From contig NC_083405.1 in NCBI RefSeq assembly GCF_020745735.1, forward strand, positions 76,350,345-76,414,344: 64,000 nucleotides of DNA. Direction: 5' to 3'. The notes under the pieces were generated by a model. It made no database searches and had not been told where the DNA came from. It worked only from the letters and a program-made list of their open reading frames with translations. The DNA comes from Hemiscyllium ocellatum. Its lineage: Eukaryota. Shown here piece after piece: positions 13,171-26,761 of this stretch. Position 1 is the first letter of the stretch. Every line of letters begins with the position of its first letter. Made by a program: the position numbers and the translations under genes.

Positions 13171-14829
13171 GCCAACAATGTAATTATGCCAATCACAACA
13201 TTGAAACAGATTACAAACCACTCACTGGCAGTCTTTCCCCTCTCCTGCAGGAGAAGGTGGTTCAAAATCTGAGCCAGCAGGATCCCACTAGAGTGGATGA
13301 GACACCCCTTCATGTTTCCACTCACATGGAGTAGATGGTTATTCCTGAGGGTCATTCCTAAGTCCACGTTAACCAGTGGAGCTAAACCATTGAGCATGAA
13401 ACCATTTGCATATGTAATCCTCCTGTTCTCAGCCCATTTCTGCCTTAACCTAGTTGCTTTTTCATTGAGAAGTTGATGACTTGTCAAGAGTGTACAGCCT
13501 AGTTTCTCCTGTGCTTTCACCACGACCTTATCCACAGCCTCTTTTCCTTTCAGATGCCCAAGAGCTGCAAACTACCCAGGCAGTGGAGGAGAGGGAAAGA
13601 CCGATTAGGATGAAGACATATTGCTACTGGATTTCATAGTTGCAGCAATTAGTTCCATTACTGACCGTACCAACTTAAAGAATATGTTAGAGGCAGAATG
13701 TGTGGAGGGTAAATAAAGCATACTAGTTTGATGCTCCCAGGGAGGGAGGAAGGATAATGTAGGTGCCTGCTCATTTGAAGGTGAGAGTGTACATTAGCCA
13801 GACATCAGATGACTTAGATGAGGGCTTCAATGGGGCAGTTGTACAAGAAGACTGATGGCTGCACAGATATCAATGTATGCTGCACCAAAAAGCATGCCAG
13901 AATGTCTGCATTCAATATTGAGGAGCCTGACATCAACTTGGCACGAGATTATGCTGAGAGCCTAAGCCTAGCCTTTCCAAATTGGAACAGAATTTGGACT
14001 ATTGTGGTAATAAGAGGGTAATTTCTTCAACTGTCAATCACTACAGACAGGAAATGATACATTCATCACATGACTTGATGGGTAATCTGATGCAGCAGTG
14101 GAAGAAGTCCAATTTATTCTCCTTAGCCTCTCACTGAATCTGGTTGTGGATAGTTTCCAATCAACCTGTTCAGAGAAAAGTTAAGACACACCTCTGGGAT
14201 TTGAACCTAGACCTCCTAGCTCAAAGATATGGACACTGCCACTGCATCGTATCCATTTGTATGTCAACTGTTATGATCCAGCCAGGGAAAGCATGCTGAT
14301 TCTCAACCCTCACTAGTCCCGGAGTCACCAAAATGGTTAATGACTTTATGAAAGTATGCAAAGTCAATGACTTACCTGTTTGACAGAATTAGGTTAATAG
14401 AAAACACTGACTAGGTTCCAATAACTAACAAGACCACCTGTTTCTTACAAAGGAATAATTTCTAAACAAAAGTAAACAGCCATGAGCTATCAACCTATGG
14501 CTCTAATAGCTGAAACTCTAATCACCTTTTAGATACCTGCATACACATACTGAAATTTTAAAAAATGGTATTATGGGCAGAGGGAATCAAAAACTAGGAA
14601 TCACAGTTCAATACTACCAGTAGCATTGATGCGTATGTTCTGTTCAAGTTTAAGCTGATGCCTCAAACAGTTAACAATAAAACTGCACTTGCATGTTAGT
14701 GTGGCATGAGAGAGAAAGGGATTTGGTAACATTAACAAAAGGAAAGAGACCACCAGAAAAGAATACCATGAGAGAAAGAGAACACAAAGACAGCCGATAA
14801 CAGAAAGTTATTTGCATACTCTGAGGAAC

Positions 14830-14990
14830 TAGTCCAACAGGTTTATGTGGAAGCATTAGCTTTCAGAGTGTTGCTCCTTCAAGGAGCAGCGCTCCGAACA
14901 CTAGCGCTTCCAAATAAACCTGTGGACTATAACCTGGTGTTGTGTGATTTTTAACTTTGTGCACCCCAGTCCAACACCAGTGTCGCCAAA
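14830..14990 (+). mobile_element. Palindromic Penelope-derived repeat (second family) with 10-bp TSD
   Basis: TCTGAGGAAC at 14820-14829 and 14991-15000. Arms of about 50 bp are inverted around 14880, at the ggagcagcgctccgaa stem. Confidence 0.7.
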
Positions 14991-17010
14991 TCTGAGGAAC
15001 CAGGCTCAGAAAAGCCTGATGAGCCATGAGGTGCCTCTAACAGTCGGGGACCAGAGTTCAGAAATGGCCTAGAAGCTGTTCAGGCTTGGACAGAGCTGTC
15101 AGGGGGAGAGAAGGTGGCAGCACATCAGTGGCCTTGTGCTGCTTCCCATTGGTAATGCACTGAGCAATGCCGTTCTGCAAAAAGTGATGAAAAAAACTAT
15201 GACCATGAGTGGAAGTTAGAACACATCCCTGAGGACCAACTGGGATAGAATCTCATCTTTGAATGAGCAGAAGAAGAAATTGAGTCACTGGGAGTTGAGC
15301 AATCATTGGGGTAGGCTGAATCAGAGCAGCTTTTGAGGGAAATTCAGATGCTGGATTTTCAGAAGTTAGGAGTTGAAATGACTCGGGAAAGATGGAGAGT
15401 AATTGAATTTCATGTGACTCCACAGGATTACTGACATGTGTGTGTGGGTTGCTGATACATCCATGGGATCAGTTGTGGTCACACTTATCACTTGATGCTC
15501 TGTGTGCTGTGTTTTACCACACTCTTCCTGTTAATTCTTATCCACCTGGGGTTGATTCTGGATGTTGGAGTATAAGATAAATATTGTAGATGGTTTTAAT
15601 TTACTATTTTTAAATGGCAAAGTTTATTATGTTTGTTTGAAAACCATGGACTCTTGTTGGCTTTTGTTTCTCTCAGTAAGTAACTGGGATTTATTTGTAA
15701 TCAAAAAATTATTGGTTCTTTACCAAGTGAGAAACATCCTTGTGGGTCTGGTCTGGGAAAATAACATATGAATTTAAAAATTTTAAGATGAAGTCTGATC
15801 TATAGATATCTTTAATTGTATCCAGTTTAGCAAATATATAAAAATACGAATATGTTCAGCTTCGCAAGAGAGTGTTCGCACTTTAGGGCCAGTAACTGGC
15901 ATTTATGAATAAAGAATTAACAGATACAGCTCTAGCAAGCAAACAAATTATTATCTAGCATTATGCACCATTAATACAGGGGCCAGAAATTCCTTTGTGA
16001 GCTTTTCCTAATAAATTAGCGTACTTGGGTGACGTTCATTAGCTCATTATTTTAATTAAGTTGTTTTATTTTAAATGGGTTAATGATTTTCAAGTGGGGT
16101 GAATAGAGGTTTCATCCAATTCCTCAAAAGTTGCCTTCAAAGGAACTTTTACTCCCAAATGTCAAGGCAATAAGATTTCACCACAATGGAGTCTAAGGAA
16201 ATTACAAAGAGAGCTAAGTCCAGAAATAGGTCAGTTTAGTAGGTTACTTAATCCTACGGCAGTTTTGCCATGCCTTATCCTATCTTTATCTGATGCACTC
16301 TTTCCAGCAATGGCTGTTGAATAACAATCAACTATACAAAAATTGATTATTTGATTTTTTTTTAAGTTAGGAGACAACATCACTCAATCGCTATCTCAAG
16401 ATTGCCTTGATTAAAATGAGTTAATAAATACTGCCAGTATCCTTAGTCAAGAAGCTTCTTATTAGGTTTATGCAAAACACTCGTTCCCCAGTGTTTTAAT
16501 TCAAAACTATTGTGGTGACTTGATTCCTTTTTAATTAGATTATTTTACCAGGTCAACTCTATTCCATTACCCTGTTACTTGCATATCATTATACTATACC
16601 TGTTTCTTTCTCTCTCTTCCTTGTCTCACTTCCCACCTTTTTTCTTTCTCTGCCCATTCTCTCTCTCTAAGTGAACTTCCCTCCTTCTCTCTCTTCCTAC
16701 CTTGGAGAGAATGACTTTGCCATAGAGGGAGTGCAGTGGGGGTTCCCTTGGCTGATACCGGGGCTGTTCCATGAAGAGAGTTATTATAGTTATTATCAAG
16801 ATTCATCTTACCTTCTTTAATGAAGGCAGAAGGTTTCTCCTGGCCCAGTGACAAGGTGGCTTCCAGCAGCCTGACGTCCCGATGTGATGCTCTTGTCCTG
16901 ACTTGGGGTCTTCTTCCAGATAGTCTAGCAGCCCAGCAGGATCATCCTGGAGTGGCAGTCTCGGCCCGGCACAGTGGACTTCTTTGGCCCAATATTCCAG
17001 TGGCCTGGCA

Positions 17011-17333
17011 TGGTGTTCTCATCCCAGAATGGCATTCTCATCCCAGAATGGCATTCTTGTCCCAACGTGGCATTCTTATCCAGGGGTGGCATTCTCGTCC
17101 CAGAATAGTGTTCTCGTCTCGGAATGGCGTTCTCATCTTGGAATGAAGTTCTCATCCCAGAATGGTGTTCTCATCCTGGAATAGTGTTCTCATCCCAGCA
17201 TGGCGTTTTCGTACCAAAATGGCATTCTCACCCCAGCATGGCACTCTCGTCCCGGCGTGGAGTTCTTGTCCCCAAATGGTGTTCTCATCCCAGAATGGTG
17301 TTCTCGTCCAGGAATGCCGATCTCATCGTTGCG
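17011..17333. repeat. 19-bp minisatellite, about 17 copies, consensus TGGYRTTCTCATCCCAGAA
   Basis: Units counted directly from 17011 at a strict 19-nt period, with substitutions but no indels. Confidence 0.92.
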
Positions 17334-17844
17334 TCTTCCAAATATCCCATCGTTCCTTAATCAGTTTTCCCCAAGTCCAGAGCTGTTAACTGAATTGTGC
17401 TAAACTTTGTTTTCATTTTACTTTCTTAGAATTATTATGTATGACCTTGGCCATTAATATGGACATCGTGTTAGGGCAACTTATACAACTTTTCAGTGTT
17501 TTGTTCAGTGCATGTGATAATAAATTTCTAATCAAATTACTATTCTTTTCTCAGAAGCATAACCAAGTTTTTTTTAAAATTTCAGTCTTTATTCCAATCA
17601 TAAACTTTAATATTAGGAAGAAAATGGTTGATTGATGGAATTAGAATTTCCAAAGTTAAAACATTCAGATTGCTCAGTGACAATACAATGAGCATCTGAT
17701 CCCTCTCATCACATGTTCAGTGTTTCATCTTTAGGTTACTGTCGCCCCAGTCACCTGACTCAGGATAATTTAATTTGGCAATTATCCTGCTCCTGCCTCC
17801 TTTCTGGAAACTCCTGGTGAGATTTCTGATCTTTGGTTATTTGT

Positions 17845-18200
17845 AAGAACAATAAGCAGGAGCTGGAGTAGGCCATTCAGCCCCCTAAGTCATCCCTGCC
17901 ATTCCATAAGATCATGGCTGATGAGCCCCTTATTTGTGTGAGCTCCACATAGCCTTCAATTCCCTGTTATTTCAAAAATCTATCTATCTCCTCTTTAAAA
18001 ATGTTGGCGATATAGCCTTCACATCTCTCTGGGGTAGAGAATTCCAAACATTCACAACACTCTGTGAGAAGACATTCCTTTGCAACTCAGTTTTCTGTGT
18101 TCTGTTTAAAATCAGTTTAATGTGTTCTGTTAATCTACAATTATGTTTCCAAGTTTGAGACTGCCCCAGTAACAGAAGCATCTTCTCAACATATATCCTA
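17845..18200 (-). mobile_element. CR1 3' fragment
   Basis: RNVFSQSVVNVWNSLPQR plus CR1 tail (gcaggagctggagtaggccattcagcccc on plus). Confidence 0.75.
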
Positions 18201-19147
18201 CCAAGCTTGCGAACTGGTCTTCATTTTGAGATCCATGCATTTCATCTCAAAGAATAATGACTTAAGACTTAACGTAATGAATTACTGCACTATACACATT
18301 TATTTGCTGTAGCAACATTCATTTTAAAAATTATAGATTTTCCTCTGATACAAGAGTATACATAATATGATTACAGGCTATGTGAAAACATTAGGTAAGG
18401 CCAGTGTTTTTTACTGTGATATCGTGATGGCCAAAGTGCCTAATAATCCTGTGCTTACTAATGAAGAATGATGCCTTGAATGAAGAACCAAAGCTGAACA
18501 GGTGCCTGGGAAATTTTATCATGACAAGAAGTCAGAACCTTCGGAGGAAAAGAGAAATGAAAGGATTGAATATTCAAACTATTATTGTCACTAATTCTCT
18601 AAATTTCCTGCTCCTTCCCTTGAGGAGGAGAAGCTGACACTGTCCATGACAGCTCAGCTGCACTGGGTGCTACAAGTCAGACAGAACTTCAGTGATATGT
18701 GTTTCCAGTGGCTGAGAGCTGGCTTCAGCAGACAATTCTGGACTAACATTTTTTTGGTGATGATGTTGAAATCTGGTTGGCATTGTGAAGGCACATTTCA
18801 GCCTATGTTGACTTGGTTTCTTTTCCCTTTTCCCTCTGTAAAGTGCATATTTTTGTTTGGAATTGTCCAATTGCTTGCCTGGATGTGAAGTTTCTCCATT
18901 GGACAATGACAATTTGGGTGTGTTGCAGGAATTGGAGACAGAATAACACTGACTTACAGGGTGTTCAGAAGGGATGTAGCTAGGGACAGGTAAAGTGTGT
19001 AGCCTAGTGGTTAAACAGTGACTAGGTTGAGACAAATGGGTAAGTATATAGGGTTCTGTGTGCGAGGGGATGTCAGCAATGCCAATTAAGTGGCATGGAC
19101 AATATGGTTTTGTGCTCGCAGTGCGATGATTTTGCCGGTAAGTGGCA

Positions 19148-19329
19148 TCAGTAAATTGAATTTATTGTCACGTGTGCCGAGGCACAGTGAAAAGCTTTGT
19201 CTTGTGAGCAATACAGGCAGATCACAGAGTTAAGTAGCATAGATAGTAAATAATAGGTAAACAGTGGCAAAAACAAAAACACAGATACAGGCGAAAGTTT
19301 AGAGTTTGTGAGTCTATTCAGCATTCCAA

Positions 19330-19366
<37 letters not shown>

Positions 19367-20225
19367 CAGGCTTCTGTACCTTCTCCCCAATGGTAGAGGT
19401 TGTAGAAAAACATTGTCAGGGTGGGATGGATTTTTGAGACTGCTGGTGGCCCTTCTTTGACAGCGGGCCTGGTAGATGGATTATATCGATGGGAGGTGGG
19501 CCTTTGTGATTGTCCAGGCCGAGTTCACCACTCTTTGTAACCGTCTCCGATTTTGAATGGTACAGTTGCCATACCAGGTAGTGATATATCCGACAGAATG
19601 CTCTTGATGGCACACCTATAAACATTGGCAAGGGTATTCACCATCACGCCAAATTTCCTCAGCTGTCTGAGGAAGAGGAGACGTTGTTGGGCCTTTGTAA
19701 CCAGTGCATCCACATGAAGAGTCCAAGACAGCTTGTTGTTGATGACCACTCTCAGGAACTTGACATTCTCCACTCATTCCACCTTTGTGCTGTAAATGTG
19801 AAGGGGCCATGAGTAACATCCTGCTAAAAGTCAATAACGGGTTCTTTGGCTTTGCCAGCATTGAGAGCTAAGTTGTTCTCAGTGAACCATTTTTCTAAGT
19901 CTTCCAGGTCTGTAGTCTGTTTCGTTGCCATCTGAGATTCGACCGACTATGGTGTCATCAGCAAATTTGTAAATGGCATTACTCTGGTATTTGATGACAC
20001 AGTCATGGATATACAGTGAGTACAATAGGGGGCTGAGTATGCACCCCTGGGGGGGCTCCAGCGTTGAGTTTTAGTGACGATGAAATATTATTGCCAATCT
20101 TTACTGATTGTGGCCTGTGGGTCAGGAAACTAAAAATCCAGTTGCAGAGAGTGGGGCTTAGTCTGAGATCACTAAGTTTAGTAATCAATCAGTCTCGAGG
20201 GGATAACAGTGTTGAACTCTTATCC
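19148..20225 (-). mobile_element. Rex1/Babar-type LINE 3' fragment with internal (CA)n
   Basis: [62 protein letters not shown] are Rex1-like RT motifs. Confidence 0.8.
19332..19364. repeat. (GT)n microsatellite
   Basis: About 16 GT units. Confidence 0.95.
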
Positions 20226-22039
20226 AGGTGCACAGGAACCTTTCAAAGACAACATGAGCATAAGGGATGCCAGTCTTTGGGCAGATATCTGCTGAGTGAC
20301 GAGCTTTTCCAGGGACAGCACATGGTAAGATGGGGCAGACATGAAGACACCAATTAAAGCAGCATGTTTCGTAAAGGGGAGAAAACTTGCTAGGTTTCGC
20401 AGTGAGAAACCTTCCAAAAAACCTGATGTAACTCAGAGTTATCCATAATAAAGTAAGATTCAACCCAAAGATTCTGAACCAGGAACAAAGAATTTGACAG
20501 TGGTCTTAATTTCAAGAACCATGCAGTTTATACTGAAAATTTAATACTTACTGAATTATTGGACTATACACTTGTAGTTTCTTACATTTTAAAAAGTTGC
20601 AGATTTGCCTTAAATATAAGTGAATACATAATAAGATTACAGTGGCTTGACATCAATTTTCCCATTTTGGTCCCCATGAACAATCAACAATAATTCAGAG
20701 CTTTTCAAGTGATTCTGGTAAATTAACAAAAGCATGTTGTGTTCCAATGTCACTCGTAAATCAAATCTGCCAAATCCCCTTTCAGTTCTCCGGTGTAAAC
20801 TCAATGCTCCACATTATGAGCTGGGTAGTAATATATTTTGCTTGTTCTCTCTCAAACAATATTGATTTGATGACATTGATTGAACTGTATCTCTGATAAA
20901 ACTGAATACAATGAGGTTTACTCCAAAACAAATTCTAAAAAATGGCTTTAGAAACAAATTATGACATTGAGTGTAGAGCCAGCAATGTTCACAGTCTGCC
21001 TGTGAGTTAATTACAATGTCATGTCATCAGAATCGCAGTAGAATCTGATCCACAGCTCATGAACCATTCTCATGATCATTTTGGCTGCCATACGTTGCCA
21101 GAGGTTCTCTTTTTCTTATTTTGTCAAACACATTTCAAATCAAAGAGAAACTAAAATATGGAGAGGACTTTTTGGGTCAAAGGATACCTATCCATGGAGC
21201 ACAATCCCCTGATGCCAACTGCCCAAAGCCATCTAATGCTCTGAGGAGTTAATTGATTGGAGGCTGGACCTTTGCCCCTTATTTGAGAGGATTCCTCAGC
21301 TCAGAGAGCTGCTGGTCCTTCTGTGGTCCCAACAGTGCCTGCAGCAGCAGTGGCCAGGACAAGCAGTCCCTCGAGTCAAGATGCAGGTAAGATTGTGATG
21401 GTGGTGTGAAGTTTCATGTGTCGTGGTGGTGGTGTTAGGGGATGGGGGGGTGGGGGTGGGTGGTGAGAGGCCAAGGAGGTGGGAAGAGGGAGGCTGGCAT
21501 CTTGATGAAGACGCTAGAATGATTCTGCCCTCAGTTGAATATTGATTCATTGTGTAACTTAAATCATTAGCAATTGCATCTTGGAACTACTGAACAAATA
21601 TATATTTCTGGCGTGAAAACTGAATGATCCTCAGCATCAAATTAGATAATAAAGAAATATACCTCTATTTTCACCTCACCTCAACTGGCCACAGTACATC
21701 CATCACATCAGTTATAGATAAAACCGATTTTGATTATTTTCTTATGTCCTTCTCAATTCACAACTGTACCAAACCCATCCCACCTACAGTTCTTCTATAT
21801 CTCCCTCTCTGTTTGGATACTGCCCCTTTTCTTCAAATCTGTCATCACCTCTCCAACCTCAAAGTCATCAACCCTTGGTCTAAGCATCCTTCCAAATTTC
21901 CATCCTGTTTCCAACTTTCTTTATTTTTCAAATATTGCCTCTTAAATATTTATTTACCTTTAGCTAAAGGTCATATTTCAAAACCTGCTATCGTATTTCA
22001 AACCTGCCCAAGTACAGAAGCATCTCTTATCAAAGTCAC

Positions 22040-24380
22040 AAAACATATTCAATGTGATTGATTAGGGATAGTCAGCATGGCTGTGTGCAAGGGTAATCGT
22101 AGCTCACAAAATTGATTACGTTTTTTTGAGAAAATAACCAAAATGTTTGAGGGCAGATTGGTAGATGTTGTTTACACAGATTTTAGTAAAGCCTTTGACA
22201 AGATTCCACATGGTAGACTAATTAATAAAATTAGTTCATATGGAATTCAGAGTGACCTTGTCAGCTGGATATAAAATTGGCTTGAGGTAGGAGACAGAGT
22301 GTGATTGTGGGAGGTTGTTTATCGGACTGGAGGCCTGTGACCTGCAGTGCTCCACAGGGATCAGTACTGGGTCCACTTTTATTTGTCATTTGGATGAGAA
22401 TACAGGAAGCATGTTTGCAAATGACACCAAACTCGGTGCTACAGTGGACAGTGAAGAAGGCTATCTAAGATGACAAAGAAATCTTGATTAACCAGATCAA
22501 TGGGCTGAGGAGTGGCAGATGGAGCCTAATTTGGATAAATGCGAGGTATTTCATTTTGGCAAAACAAACAAGGGCAGGATTTACATATATAATGGTAGGG
22601 CCCTGCGTGGTCATAGAGTCATAGAGCTGTACAACATGGAAACAGACCCTTTGATCCAACTCGTCCATGCTGATCAGTTACCCTAAATTAATCTAGTCCC
22701 ATTCGTCAGCATTTGGCCCATATCCCTCTAAACCCTCCCTATTCATTTACCCATCCAGATGCCTTTTCAATGTTGTAATTGTACCAGGCTCTACCACTTT
22801 CTCTGGCAGCTCATTCCATACTTGCACCACTCTCTGTGTGAAAAAGTTGTCCCTTGGTCCCTTTTAAATCTTTCCCCTCTCACCCTAAACCTATGTCCTC
22901 TAGCTTTCCCTACACCTTGGCTATTCACCCTATCCATGCTCTTCATGACTTTATAAACCTCTATGGTCACCCCTCAGCATTGGACACTCCAGGAAAAACA
23001 GCCCCAGCCCATGCAGCCTTCCCCTATAGCTCAAACCCTCCAACCCTGGTAACATCCTTGTAATTCTTTTTCTAAACTCTCTCAAGTTTCACATCTTTCC
23101 TAAAGGTAGTGTTGTAGAACAGACAAACCGAAAGGTTCAGGTACATAATTCTTTGTAACTTGTGTCACAGGTAGACAGGGTGGTTAAGGCGGCAATTAGC
23201 ATACTTGCCTCATCGCTCAGACTTTTGAGTGTAGAAACTGGGACGTCATGTGGAGGCCTCTTCTGGAACAGTGTGTGCAGTTCTGGTCACCCGATTATAG
23301 GAAAGATATTATTACACTGAAGAGGGTTCAGAAACGATTTATCAGATGTTGTCATGAATGGAAGGTTTGAGTTCTAAAAATAGGCTGGATAGTCTTGGAC
23401 TTTATTCACTGGAGAATAGGAGATTTCATAGTTAAGGGGTGACCTTATACAGGTTTACAAAATCATGAGGAGCACAGATAAGGTGCATAGCAAGGGTTTT
23501 TTTCCCTAGGGTAGGAGAGTTCAAAACCAGGGGTCATAATGTTAAGGTGACAGGAGAAAGATTTTAAAAAGACATGAGACGCAACTTCATGTCACAGAGA
23601 GTGGTTCGTGTGTGGAATGAACTGCTGGAGGAAGTGGTGGATGCAGGTATAGGTACAACATTTATAACAATGATTTTGATGAAGGAACTGAGGACATTAT
23701 TGCTAAGTCTGTGGATGACACAAAACAAGTGGAGGAACAGGTAGTGTTGAGGAAGTAGGGAGCCTGCAGAAGGCCTTGGATAGGCTTGGAGAATGGGCAA
23801 ATAAGTGGTAAATGGAATACAATGTAGAAAAGTATGAGATTATGCACTTTGGTAGGAAGGATAAAGGCATAGACTGTTTTCTAAATGGGGAAAGGATTTG
23901 GAAATCTGAAGTACAAAGCAATTTAGGGGTCCTACTCTAAGGAAGGATGTACTGGCACTGGTGGAGTTCCAAAAGAGGTAAACAAGAATGATCCAGGGGA
24001 TGAAGTGCTGGTCATATGAGCAGCAGTTGAGGACTCTGTCTGTACTTGATGGAGCTAAGGATGAGGGAGGGATCTCATTAAAACTTACAGACAACTGAGA
24101 GACCTGGTAGATTCAATGTGGAAAAGATATTTGCACCAGTAGGAGAGACTAAAACCCAAGGGCACAGCCTCAGATGTGAATGGACCAACCCTTTAGAACA
24201 GACAGAAGGAGGGATTTCTTCAGCCAGAGGGTGATTAATCTGTGGAACTCATTGCCACAGAGGGCTACGGAGGCCAAGTCATTAAGTGTCTTTAAGACAG
24301 AGAGAGATAGGTTCTTGATTTGTAAGAGGATCAAAGGTTATGAAGAGAAGGCAGGAGAATGGGGTTGAGAAATATACCAG
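22040..24380 (+). mobile_element. Nested cluster of CR1 RT/3' fragments (includes a minus-strand HER1-like 3' end at about 22612-23103)
   Basis: DFSKAFDKIPH, PQGSVLGP, FFSQRVINLWNSLPQR and several CR1 tails. Confidence 0.8.
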
Positions 24381-25244
24381 CACCCTTACAGGCTGTGAGA
24401 CCAAATAATACTCTGCTGATGCAAACAAGTGAATAAGTAGAGATATTTCAATATAAAATACGATATTTGGGATGCAGGTGTTACCGGCAAGCCCAGTATT
24501 TAATCGCTATCCTTACTTGTTGAACAACTAAATAGCTTATGAAACTATGTTATGATCTCAGCTGATGAAAATACTGGGCAAGTCAGATTCCAGAGTGAAA
24601 CCTGGCTTGACACTTAATAAGTTTTGCTTTTGCAAGTTATTTAGCGTGGTGATCAGTCTTTGAATATATACACGCAGGGTTGACGCTATCCTTAAAGCCA
24701 GAGAACATAAATCTATCACACAAAAGGAAAGAAAAATATATATACAGAGAATTTTGAAATATTCTGTCCACAACAGAAACAAGATATATTCACACAAAAT
24801 TGTGTTTATCAATATCCTTTGCAGAAATTCAGGTTAATGTCCTTTTGAGGTTCTACACTCCTCCAACAGTTTACAATGCTTCCAGGTTTTGACATTGGTG
24901 AGACTCGCTTTCACCTGACAAACAGCATACAATTTTGGTCTCTTTACTTATGGAGGAATGCACTTACATTAGAAACACTACAGAAAATGTTCAGTAGCCC
25001 GATTCTTGGAAGAAATGGGTTTCCTGATGAAAAGTGTTGAGCAGGTTTGGACTGACATTGTGAAGAATTGACAGGCTAGAGTTCTCCTCTCGTGAAGGAA
25101 TCTGTAACTGGGGACACACCCTAAAGATAAGGGGTCTCCACCTTCAATGGGGATGAATTTTGTTAATCGTTGGAAATCTCTTCCTCAGAGAACAGTGATT
25201 ACTGGATAATTTAATAATGATGAAGAATTTTTAAAATATCTTTT

Positions 25245-25390
25245 CACAGGATGAGAGCATCACTGGCTAGGCCAGCATTTATTACCCACTGTTAATTGCT
25301 TAGAGGGCAGTTGACCATGCTACTGTGGGTGTTGAGTCACACAAAGTCAGACCAAGTAAGGAAGGCTGCTTTCTTCCCTAAAGGAACTTG
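25245..25390 (-). mobile_element. SINE 3' half sharing body with the 37470 LINE head and tail with the LINE 3' end
   Basis: Reverse complement reads ccttacttggtctgac..gtgactc..cccacagtagcatgg..ctgccctct directly followed by taaatgctggcctagccagtgatgc. Confidence 0.6.
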
Positions 25391-25559
25391 AATATTGCAT
25401 TTTATCAGCAGTCTACCTCCTAACTGGTTAACAGATTCAACTAGGGCAGCTAGTTCTAAATTTGTTAACTTTTTGTTTATAAATACCATGTCTTATACCT
25501 CCTCATTAGACCATGCCTGAGGAAGGAGCAGAGCTCTGGAAGCCATGACTACACGACTT

Positions 25560-26280
25560 ATACACCCAATGGTAAGATCCCTGGGAGTGCTGCTGAACAA
25601 AAGATCTTGAAGTGCAGTTCCATAGTTCCTTGAAAGTGGAGTTGCAGGTAAATAGGATAGTGAATAAGGCATTTGGTATGCTTTCCTTTATCGAACAGAG
25701 CATTGAGTAGAGGAGTTGTGAGGTCATGTTGCAGCTGTACAGAAAATTGGTTAGGCCACTTTTGGAATGTTGTCAGCAGTTCTGGTCTCTCTCCTAATGA
25801 AAGAATGTTGTGGAAACCTGAGAGGGCTCAGAAAAGATTTACAAAGATGTTGCCAGGATTAGAGGGTTTCAGCTAGAGGGAGGGGCTGAATAGGCCGGGG
25901 CTGTTTCCGGAGGTTGAGGGATAACCTAATAGGGGTTAATAAAGTCATTGAGGGGCATGGATAGGGTAAATAGACAAGGTCTTTCCTCTGGGGTGTGGGG
26001 GGTTCAGAACTAGACAGCATAGGTTTAGGATGAGAGGGGAAAGATATAAAAGTGACCTAAGGGGCAACTTTTTCACACAGAGGGTGGTGAGTGTATGGAA
26101 TGAGCTGCCAGAGGAAGTGGTGGAAGCTGATACAATTACAGCATTTAAAAAGGTACCTGGATGGGTATATGAATAGGAAAGGTTTAGTGGATAATGGATC
26201 AAGTGCTGGCAAATGGGACTAGATTAGATTAGGATATCTAATGGACGAGTTGGATCAAAAGCTCTGTTTCCGTGCTGTTT
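25560..26280 (+). mobile_element. HER1-like CR1 3' fragment
   Basis: QKRFTKMLPGLEG, FFTQRVV.VWNELPEEVVEA and the ggacgagttgga...ctgtttccgtgctg tail. Confidence 0.85.
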
Positions 26281-26761
26281 CCAACCGAGGAAGCATTATT
26301 CCTTAAATAAAAGAATTCTGAAATGTGTTAGAACAGCAGTTTTCAAACTTTGGGATACAACTCCGAGTGGGGTTACAGATACCATGACTGGGGTCATGAG
26401 ATTGCCTCCCTCCAACCCACAAGCCCAGCATGAGGGCCTGGTCACAATCAACTATGTCCTTGGCACATTGCTCAGGATCTTTCTCCTCTACTCAAGGCCT
26501 TTTAAAACATTGCCTGCACGGCCATGGCAACACACTAAAATCTGGGCCTTTATCTTGTGTTCTTTGAAATGCTCTATAGAAAGGTAAATGTTTATTTGAG
26601 TCCTTATTTTAAAATCAATGATGTCAAACTGACCTCTAGGGAATTTTGGAATGATGTTGCCATCGATCAACAATACTGAACATAGATATGAACATTAAGT
26701 GCGTACTGCTTTCTGGTCAAGGTCCAAAGACAGAAGCAGTTTATAGATTCTCATACTTACC

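Noticed and set aside
14269-15766. Single solo LTR (TGTTAT...ATAACA)
   Set aside because: The ends look LTR-like, but there is no matching TSD and the two halves may be separate decayed LTRs. It cannot be delimited.
17011-17333. CRISPR-like array, or real ORFs at 16820-17403
   Set aside because: Units are contiguous with no unique spacers and the context is eukaryotic. The ORFs are by-products of a stop-poor tandem repeat.
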